Source: an uncultured Candidatus Saccharibacteria bacterium (lineage in GTDB: Bacteria; Patescibacteriota; Minisyncoccia; Minisyncoccales; UBA5738). Taken from it: a stretch of DNA of 64,000 bases. The translations under genes were made by a program, and so were the position numbers. Each line of letters opens with the position of its first letter. Position 1 is the first letter of the stretch. Below, piece after piece: positions 48,249 through 56,801 of the stretch. The notes beneath the pieces were generated by a model. It was not told where the DNA came from. It did no database searches and saw only the letters and a program-made list of their open reading frames with translations. The stretch is taken from assembly GCA_964470995.1 (NCBI GenBank), contig CAYYEP010000002.1, positions 29,740 through 93,739 of the forward strand, given 5' to 3'.

Positions 48249-48363
48249 TTTATTTATCTGCCAGAATACCCCGCCGGCTTTGCCGCGGGGATGAATGGCT
48301 GCCCGTATCGTAAGCGGAGCGGAAGAAATATCTTTGGTCTCTGCCCCAGGGCAGTTTATTTAT
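48249..48363 (+). repeat. GC-rich repeat family A, 115-bp internally deleted copy (A3)
   Basis: TTTATTTATCTGCCAGAATACCCCGCCGGCTTTGCCGCGGGGATGAATGGCTGCCCGTA joined to CGTAAGCGGAGCGGAAGAAATA...CCCCAGGGCAGTTTATTTATA. It lacks the ~40-bp central module of A2 and A4. Confidence 0.8.
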
Positions 48364-48413
48364 AATTTTGATATTGTTTGTCATTTAATGCTTGGTAATT
48401 GGAAATTAACCAA

Positions 48414-49679
48414 TTAAGCTCTCAATACTTTGTGGTAAACCGTAACACATTTTTGCGCCGACCTCTTCCAGCTGAATTTATGCAATTCCGAAGATCCGTT
48501 ATAATGTAAAGTTTCTCGCAGCTCGGGGTATCTCACCACCGCTATAATCTTGTTCACGATCTGATCCACATCCCAAAAATCAACTTTCAAACAGTGCGAG
48601 ATCATCTCTCCCACACCCGACTGGCGCGAAACCAAAATGGGAGTGCCATTCGCCAGCGCCTCCAAAGAAGTAATCCCAAACGGTTCGGATACCGACGGCA
48701 TCACATAAAGATCGGCCATCTGGTATAATCGGTTAAGCTCTTCTCCTCTCACAAATCCCGCGAATATTACCCTGTCGGCAATCCCCAAAGACGCCGCCTC
48801 TTCGATCAGCCATCGCTCCATATCTCCCGAACCGGAGAAAACAAACATCACATCTTTATCCATTTTTGAAACTCTCTGCGCCGCCCGCAAAAAATAATCC
48901 GGTCCCTTCTGGAAAGTAAGCCTACCCACGAAAAGCACTATTTTTTTCCCGTTCTTTTTTAATCCCGAAACATTCGCGGCAAATCTCGCTTGGTACTGCG
49001 TTCGATTCACCGCATTAGGAACTACTTCAATCTTTTTCGGGTTAACGCCGTATTTTTCCGTGATCCGCCGCTTCGTATAATCACTTACCGCCACCACAGC
49101 GTCCGACTCCTCCATCCCCCGTTTTTCAATGGCGCAAATGTCCTTATTTAGGCAATTGCCATTAACCCGGTCATACTCCAGCGCGTGCACCTGAAACACC
49201 AAAGGCTTGCCGGAAACTTTTTTTGCTTCCAATCCCGCCGGAAGGCTCAACCAATCATGTACATGGATAACATCAAAATTTTCGTTCATCGCGATGCCCC
49301 GCGCCTCGGAAGCGTAGCGCATCACTTCCCCCACCAAGTCCCGCCTCCAAACTCCGCGGCCACCGGAAATATATTTATCGGCGCATAGCTCCTGGTCCGA
49401 AACATAGCTTTCCGAAGTTAAGTAAGGCGACAATGGCGAATCGACTTCGATCATTTCCACGCCGTTTGACCCTTTCACCTTGCGCATCCAAGCCTTTCCG
49501 TAAACAAATCTGCATCCATCACACAAATGATCCATTTTTTTAGGCAAAACGAAAGTAATTTCGGCCCCCAAAGACGACAAACCGCCCACCAATCCTTCGC
49601 AGGCAACCCCCAATCCACCCGAGTTATAAGGCGGAAATTCCCAGCCAAACATTAAAATTTTAAGCGGTTCCAGCTTCAT
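48414..49679 (-). CDS. GT-B glycosyltransferase (GT4/GT5, glycogen-synthase-like)
   Basis: N-terminal ILMFGWEFPPYNSGGLGVAC. C-terminal SVSEPFGITSLEALANG. Confidence 0.8.
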   Translation of the reverse strand: MKLEPLKILMFGWEFPPYNSGGLGVACEGLVGGLSSLGAEITFVLPKKMDHLCDGCRFVYGKAWMRKVKGSNGVEMIEVDSPLSPYLTSESYVSDQELCADKYISGGRGVWRRDLVGEVMRYASEARGIAMNENFDVIHVHDWLSLPAGLEAKKVSGKPLVFQVHALEYDRVNGNCLNKDICAIEKRGMEESDAVVAVSDYTKRRITEKYGVNPKKIEVVPNAVNRTQYQARFAANVSGLKKNGKKIVLFVGRLTFQKGPDYFLRAAQRVSKMDKDVMFVFSGSGDMERWLIEEAASLGIADRVIFAGFVRGEELNRLYQMADLYVMPSVSEPFGITSLEALANGTPILVSRQSGVGEMISHCLKVDFWDVDQIVNKIIAVVRYPELRETLHYNGSSELHKFSWKRSAQKCVTVYHKVLRA

Positions 49680-49840
49680 TTGTTAGATTTATCGAATAGC
49701 GTTCAAACCAAAATTGGGCAACAATACCCCCACAATAATTATACAAAATTTTTAGAAACAATAACACAGCGCAAACAGATTTTTTTAATATTTAATTCAT
49801 AAAAAACCGGTGCGATAATCGCCCCGGCACCCGCTCCCTT

Positions 49841-49969
49841 CTAATTATACGCTAAAATTACTACTATACCGATCAACGCCCCTGCCAAGATCGCATACCT
49901 TAACGGACTAAAATAATGCTTATTCATCTTAGTCCACCACTTCCAAGTCCAAATACCTGTTTTTGGCAT
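49841..49969 (-). CDS. possible 42-aa Trp-rich membrane peptide
   Basis: Hand translation: MPKTGIWTWKWWTKMNKHYFSPLRYAILAGALIGIVVILAYN. A GGTGC/GCACC hairpin plus T-run follows. Below the track cutoff. Confidence 0.3.
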   Translation of the reverse strand: MPKTGIWTWKWWTKMNKHYFSPLRYAILAGALIGIVVILAYN

Positions 49970-50037
49970 TTAAAACACCCCTATCATCCCAAATAATAAT
50001 ACGATCCAGTAAAAAACATTACCATTCCATTTGACGC

Positions 50038-50412
50038 TTATATATTGAAACTATCCGCGAATTTGCCGATAAACGGCAAAAATCTTTGCTCCCCCTTATA
50101 AGCTCCATATATTCCGATCACCGTCAGCGCAAACATAACCAGTATCAGCCAAGGCTGGATTATTGATCCCACTAAAGGCACTGCCGCCATAAATCCGGCC
50201 GCAAACCAAGCCACGAATAAAACCATTCCCTGTTTCACGTGGAATCTCACGAATGGATCGTTTTTATCCTCGGTCAACAGCGGGATAAAAAACACAATAT
50301 AGGCCACAATCGCCATTCCCGTGTTTTTTCCTTTTGGCAGTTCGACCCTTTTGGGTTCGTTTTTCTTGGCCGCCGCCGCCAGACTCATTTCCTGCTCCAA
50401 TTTTTGATCCAT
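50038..50412 (-). CDS. DUF4870-like membrane protein
   Basis: FFIPLLTEDKNDPFVRFHVKQG followed by TM helices. Confidence 0.7.
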   Translation of the reverse strand: MDQKLEQEMSLAAAAKKNEPKRVELPKGKNTGMAIVAYIVFFIPLLTEDKNDPFVRFHVKQGMVLFVAWFAAGFMAAVPLVGSIIQPWLILVMFALTVIGIYGAYKGEQRFLPFIGKFADSFNI

Positions 50413-50548
50413 TTTTTAATCAAAAAATTTACCGGCCAATAATCGAATCAAATCTCCCCATGTCTTTCCCGAAACTCGATCAACTAATTTTTCCGGTTGG
50501 CTTATTTAAATAATACAACAAGCCCGTCTTTAATCAAAACACAAAAAA

Positions 50549-50896
50549 TCATATTTTAGTCGGAACGGAAAACAGCATAAATTTTGACGAATACATCCGG
50601 CTAAGGGAAATATAATCTGCTCCGTTCTTCTTAAAAAAATACCCCGCTCCCATTTGTTCGGAGAAAATAAATCCCTGTCTTTCCATCTCCTCAATAAAAC
50701 GATCAGACCCGGCCGCCAAATAAGTCTCGTTGTCAATACGCACCGTATTTTTGTTTAAAATCGCTTCCGGTAAAGCCCGCACAATTGCAAAATGATTCTC
50801 ATCCTGCCCCAACGCCCGCCCGAAAACCACCACGTAAATCAAAATCGGCGCAAAGAATATGCCAGCAAGCAACATTAACATCCTTTCTGTTTTCAT
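50549..50896 (-). CDS. anchored hypothetical protein
   Basis: 115 aa with an N-terminal TM (MLMLLAGIFFAPILIYVVVF). Confidence 0.5.
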   Translation of the reverse strand: MKTERMLMLLAGIFFAPILIYVVVFGRALGQDENHFAIVRALPEAILNKNTVRIDNETYLAAGSDRFIEEMERQGFIFSEQMGAGYFFKKNGADYISLSRMYSSKFMLFSVPTKI

Positions 50897-50982
50897 TATT
50901 ATGATTTTAACAAAAAAAACGGCTTTTTGACTAATACCAAAAAACAGGCCTTCTTGGCCATGTTCACGCTATGCTAAAAATG

Positions 50983-51069
50983 CGGAGGGGGCGAGATTCG
51001 AACTCGCGATACCTTGCGGTATATGCGCTTTCCAAGCGCACGCACTCGACCGGGCTATGCGACCCCTCC
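50983..51069 (-). tRNA. tRNA-Ser (GGA)
   Basis: Hand-folded cloverleaf. Acceptor GGAGGGG/CCCCTCC, anticodon arm TGCGC-TTGGAAA-GCGCA, long variable arm ATACC-GCAA-GGTAT, T arm GCGAG-TTCGAAT-CTCGC, discriminator G. Confidence 0.9.
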
Positions 51070-51307
51070 ACTTAACAAAAACTTTGATTTATTCACTTTA
51101 TTAATCTAGCTTATTTAAAAACCGATTTCAAGCCAAACGCCTTATTAAAAAATAATTCCCAAAAAGGAATTAATTAGTCGGCATTACAAACGGCCGAGAG
51201 TATGCCAACTGTTGTCAATCATCGTGCCTATCGGTTCTTCGGAATATCTTTCAAATTTCTTCGGCGATTTGCCGCCAGCAATAATTAATCGTACCAATCA
51301 ATATTAA

Positions 51308-52216
51308 TCACGCCGCCATATCCGTCAATGCTTTAATTCTGTCTTCAATTGGCGGATGGGTCGAAAATAATTTGGTAAACCAGCTTTTCAACTGTTGGCC
51401 TCGGAAAGGGCTGGCAATATACAAATGCGCGGTGGAATCTTTGGCGGTCGATAATAGATTCGGATCCGCCGATATCTTGCGCAACGCGCTCGCTAATCCC
51501 TCCGGATGGCGCGTCAGCAATACCGCCGACGCATCCGCCAAAAATTCCCGCTTGCGCGAAATCGCCAACTGGATCAGTGTCGCAGCCAGCGGTGCCAGAA
51601 TCGCCGCCAAAATACCAAAAGCCAACAATATCAGCCCCATTTGCCCCCGATCGCGATCGTCATTATTCCGGCCGCCGCCCCAAAAACTTAGCCGCAAAAA
51701 CAAATCCGAAATTATCGCCACTACCCCCACCAGAATCACCACGATCGTCTGCAACAACATATCTTTATTGCCGATATGCGATAATTCGTGGGCAATCACC
51801 CCCTCCAGCTCGACCTTATCCAGCCGCGCCAGCAATCCCCGGGTAACCGCTACCACTGCGTGGTTTTTATCCCGGCCGGTCGCGAATGCATTGGGCTGGG
51901 ACTCGTTAATTATATAAATTTTGGGCAAAGGCAAACCGGCAGTAATCGCCAAATTTTCCACCAGCCGGTAAAGTTCGGGGTGGTCTTTTTTTTCAATCGG
52001 TTGTGCTCCGGCCATGGCCAGCACGATCGAATCCGAAAACCAATATGAAAAAACACTTTGAAAAACCGCAAGCGCCACCGCGATATACAAGAAACTCTGA
52101 TCCCCCAGCGCCGCGGCCAGAAGCCACCCCAAACCGATGATAAAAACAAAAAATCCCGTCAACAAAAACCAAGTTTTACGCACATTTTCCGCCGCATGGG
52201 TATAAATAGTCGCCAT
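51308..52216 (-). CDS. htpX: zinc metalloprotease HtpX (M48)
   Basis: HELSHIGNKD motif and 4 TM helices. 302 aa. Confidence 0.9.
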   Translation of the reverse strand: MATIYTHAAENVRKTWFLLTGFFVFIIGLGWLLAAALGDQSFLYIAVALAVFQSVFSYWFSDSIVLAMAGAQPIEKKDHPELYRLVENLAITAGLPLPKIYIINESQPNAFATGRDKNHAVVAVTRGLLARLDKVELEGVIAHELSHIGNKDMLLQTIVVILVGVVAIISDLFLRLSFWGGGRNNDDRDRGQMGLILLAFGILAAILAPLAATLIQLAISRKREFLADASAVLLTRHPEGLASALRKISADPNLLSTAKDSTAHLYIASPFRGQQLKSWFTKLFSTHPPIEDRIKALTDMAA

Positions 52217-52341
52217 AGATGCTGGTTTATAAATCTCGTTTCGTGATTTATGAATTTAAACCATAAATCTTAAATCACGATTCAATACCAAATTGCACCG
52301 CGCAAGGCAGTGCAACTTAACTCAAAACATCAAAAAATGAA

Positions 52342-52911
52342 CTACTTTTGCGCGAAACTCACCTTGGGCGCTTGCCGCTCGGCCTCGTCCGCAACTTCAA
52401 ACAGCGCCATCGGCTTAAATCCAAAAATATTAGCCACAATATTGGACGGAAAGCTTTCGATCTTGATCAGCAAATCGCGCACATTACCGTTATAAAACCT
52501 CCTTGCCGCCTGAATTTTATCCTCGGTATCGGTCAATTCACGCTGAAGCTCGACAAAATTCGCCGAAGCTTTCAAGTCCGGATAACTTTCCGCCACCGCA
52601 AACAAACTTTTTAGCGTTTGCGACAGCGCGTTTTCTTTGGCAATCTTTTCTTCCGGGGTTTGAGCGCCCATCGCCGCCGCGCGCGCTTCGGTTACTTTCT
52701 GAAACACCCCGGATTCATGCGCCGCGTAACCCTTCACCGTTTCCATCAGGTTGGGAATCAGATCATACCGGCGCTTCAACTGTACGTCAATATCCGCCCA
52801 CGCCTCTTTGGCGCGGTTCTTCAGAGCCACCAGACCATTATAAATATTGACCAGCACAACAGTAAAGATTACCACTATCGCAATGATCGAAATTGTGAAT
52901 ATATCAAACAT
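52342..52911 (-). CDS. lemA: LemA family protein
   Basis: N-terminal TM, then ALKNRAKEAWADIDVQLKRRYDLIPNL. Confidence 0.9.
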   Translation of the reverse strand: MFDIFTISIIAIVVIFTVVLVNIYNGLVALKNRAKEAWADIDVQLKRRYDLIPNLMETVKGYAAHESGVFQKVTEARAAAMGAQTPEEKIAKENALSQTLKSLFAVAESYPDLKASANFVELQRELTDTEDKIQAARRFYNGNVRDLLIKIESFPSNIVANIFGFKPMALFEVADEAERQAPKVSFAQK

Positions 52912-52968
52912 TTTTTTAAGTAGTTTATGGTTAATTACATTCTAAGCAAAAAACGGAAAAAATCAAGC

Positions 52969-53119
52969 AATAAAATACCCCGGGCAAAGCCCCGGGGTAT
53001 TTCTTTCGCTTCGCTTACGCTGCGCGTTAGGAAAAGTAAGTTTTTAGCCGCCGCGACGCTGAGGGCAGCCATTCATCCCCGCGGCAAAGCCGGCGGGGTA
53101 TTCTGGCAGATAGATAAAA
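52969..53119 (-). repeat. GC-rich repeat family A, 151-bp copy (A4)
   Basis: The reverse complement reads TTTATCTATCTGCCAGAATACCCCGCCGGCTTTGCCGCGGGGATGAATGGCTGCC...ATACCCCGGGGCTTTGCCCGGGGTATTTTATT. Confidence 0.8.
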
Positions 53120-53125
53120 TGAGTT

Positions 53126-53521
53126 TCAGCGCAATTTGTCAAGCCCAATGCCAATTCCCAACGGCCGGTCAGGAATATCATGCCTTGAAGTCTTTGGCAA
53201 AAATAATTTTCCCGCAAGCCCCGCCGCGATCACTTCCTTTTTGGTCAGTACTTCTCCTTTTCTCCAACAGTCGACTTTTATCTTATCGCTTGTATAATCC
53301 ACAAGGCAAACCGGACAAAATTTTGCTCCAAGCCGCTTAAGCGCGTTAAACCGGTGATGGCCGTCAAGAATGACCAAAGTGTTTTTATCTGCAATTATCG
53401 GATTCTTGACGCAGCCATCTTTTTTAATTTCGGCTAACAGGCGTTCCAAATGGCACTCGATCACCATCTCGTGTTGTTTCAAAAGATTTATATTGATATT
53501 TTTAATTTCGTATTCAGCCAT
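53126..53521 (-). CDS. stand-alone ParB/Srx N-terminal-domain protein
   Basis: 131 aa. ILDGHHRFNAL (DGHHR) motif. No HTH or other domain. Confidence 0.6.
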   Translation of the reverse strand: MAEYEIKNININLLKQHEMVIECHLERLLAEIKKDGCVKNPIIADKNTLVILDGHHRFNALKRLGAKFCPVCLVDYTSDKIKVDCWRKGEVLTKKEVIAAGLAGKLFLPKTSRHDIPDRPLGIGIGLDKLR

Positions 53522-53744
53522 ATGAAATTAAAAACCCCTTTAGGAAAGGGGCGGGAATTATTCTTTAAATAAAACTCAGCCGCTTTTCCTCAAAGAGATA
53601 ATTTGCCGGCAACAAATTTGTTTAAAACTCATTCCAGCCATATTTTTAATCTATTCCAAAACGCACAAGCTGTCAAAACCAAAAACCCCTTCCGGGGCTT
53701 TGGCTTCCAATCCTTCTGGATTGAAAAAATTAAACCTCTTATTT

Positions 53745-55394
<1,650 letters not shown>

Positions 55395-55542
55395 TTAAGT
55401 TCTAAATTCCAAACTCCAAATTCCAAACAAATTATAATTACCAAAATTATAATGTTAAAAACGGATTCTGTTTGCAGTATTTGGCGATTATAATTTGGAT
55501 ATTATTTGTGATTTGGCGATTGGTGCTTAGGATTTTAAGCAA

Positions 55543-55836
55543 CTATTCTTCGATAGTTGCAAGAATGTCGTCTTCTTTCGCGATCAAGTATTCCTTGCCG
55601 TCGACTTTGATTTCATTCGGACCGTATTTGGAAAACAAAACTTTTTGGCCTATTTTTATCGAGACCGGAATAATCTGCCCCTGCTTGTTCTTTTTGCCCG
55701 GACCAACCGCAATCACCTTGCCCTGTTCAGGCCGCTCCTTATCGGCGCTGGCTGGAAGTAAAATTCCCGACTTGGTTTTTTCTTCGTTCTTGACGGACTC
55801 GATCAATATATTATCCGCGCATGGCGTAATTTTCAT
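55543..55836 (-). CDS. groS: co-chaperonin GroES
   Basis: 97 aa. ILIESVKNEEKTKSGILLP mobile-loop region. Confidence 0.95.
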   Translation of the reverse strand: MKITPCADNILIESVKNEEKTKSGILLPASADKERPEQGKVIAVGPGKKNKQGQIIPVSIKIGQKVLFSKYGPNEIKVDGKEYLIAKEDDILATIEE

Positions 55837-55994
55837 ACCTTTTTAAAATATTCAATATTCAACCGTCCAATTTTAAAAAAATTTCAATATTCAATAACTA
55901 AAAATCCCGTTTGATATCTTTTTAATTATTGATGTTTGGATATTTTTTGAAAATTGGAAATTGCTTATTAAATATTATTTGATTTTATATTGAA

Positions 55995-56021
55995 TTAGCA
56001 ATCTCAACCTTCGACTGCTAA
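55995..56021. promoter_or_regulatory. CIRCE operator (HrcA-binding inverted repeat)
   Basis: TTAGCAATC-N9-GACTGCTAA against the consensus TTAGCACTC-N9-GAGTGCTAA. It lies just downstream of the groES promoter. Confidence 0.8.
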
Positions 56022-56030
56022 CGCACTATT

Positions 56031-56059
56031 TATTTATCCTTTTCGAATTTCGTTGTCAA
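56031..56059 (-). promoter_or_regulatory. groES promoter
   Basis: TTGACA (56059-56054), 17-nt spacer, TAAATA (56036-56031). CIRCE starts about 10 nt after the -10 box. Confidence 0.5.
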
Positions 56060-56103
56060 TCCCGTATGCTAAAAATCGAATAACCCTTGCCGCGCAAAAA
56101 AAA

Positions 56104-56131
56104 TTGCAGAGTTTGGCTGGTTTGATAGAAT
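56104..56131 (+). promoter_or_regulatory. candidate promoter of the plus-strand gene run
   Basis: TTGCAG, 16-nt spacer, TAGAAT, located 19 nt before ATG 56150. Confidence 0.35.
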
Positions 56132-56149
56132 GAAAAATATAAAGTTGGA

Positions 56150-56509
56150 ATGCTGGCAAAAATAATCGCATATACTATCGGCAGCAGCCTGGCCTTGTGG
56201 GTTGCGGCCAGATTCATACCCGGTGTTTCTTATATCGGCAACTGGGAGATACTGGCCCTGGCCGGTTTTGGCATCGCCCTGTTCAACCTCGCCGTCGCGC
56301 CCATTCTGCGCGTGCTCACTCTGCCCCTGCGAATCTTGACTTTTAATTTATTTAGCCTAGTAATAGATATGGCAATGGTCTGGTTCGCGGACGCCCTTAT
56401 CTTGGAAATGAACATCCAGGATATCCCCGCCCTTTTCTGGACCACCCTGATCGTAATGATATTTAATACAATAGTATGGCAAATATTGTCCCCATCGCCC
56501 AGATCGTAA
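56150..56509 (+). CDS. YvlD/DUF360 (Pfam Phage_holin_4_2) family membrane protein
   Basis: 119 aa with 4 TM helices. The family call comes from overall pattern only. Confidence 0.65.
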   Translation: MLAKIIAYTIGSSLALWVAARFIPGVSYIGNWEILALAGFGIALFNLAVAPILRVLTLPLRILTFNLFSLVIDMAMVWFADALILEMNIQDIPALFWTTLIVMIFNTIVWQILSPSPRS

Positions 56510-56697
56510 TCGCAATCATCCTGACCGGCTTGATTTTAATCCAACAGCGCGGCGGCGGCGGCCTGGGTTCGGCATTCGGCCAGGAAAGCGGCGCCTACTC
56601 CACCCAGCGCGGCATACAAAAAAAAATTTTTCGCATCACTATCGTTTTTGCGGCGCTGTTCATCGGCTTGGCGGTATACAACCTGTTCCAAAATTAA
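56476..56697 (+). CDS. secG: preprotein translocase subunit SecG
   Basis: 73 aa. Two TM helices separated by the Gly-rich QQRGGGGLGSAFG. Overlaps the previous gene by 34 nt. Confidence 0.8.
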   Translation: MANIVPIAQIVIAIILTGLILIQQRGGGGLGSAFGQESGAYSTQRGIQKKIFRITIVFAALFIGLAVYNLFQN

Positions 56698-56760
56698 TCA
56701 CTCCGGTTTTCAAAAAATCTATTTTCAATGTATCAAATTGAATGCAATGCGTTTTTGTTT

Positions 56761-56788
56761 GAAAATTGAAAATTGAAAATTGAAAATT
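56761..56788 (+). repeat. heptanucleotide tandem repeat (GAAAATT)x4
   Basis: Four perfect units ending 13 nt before the ATG at 56802. Confidence 0.9.
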
Positions 56789-56801
56789 GCGAAGCGGACT
56801 A

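Noticed and set aside
52927-53340. 137-aa plus-strand ORF
   Set aside because: Its N-terminal half is a translation of repeat copy A4, and the rest is antisense to the ParB-like gene.
56150-56509. Holin-family (Phage_holin_4_2/DUF360) gene as a prophage marker
   Set aside because: No capsid, terminase, integrase or lysin genes are nearby. This family is widespread as a chromosomal membrane protein, and the gene overlaps secG.
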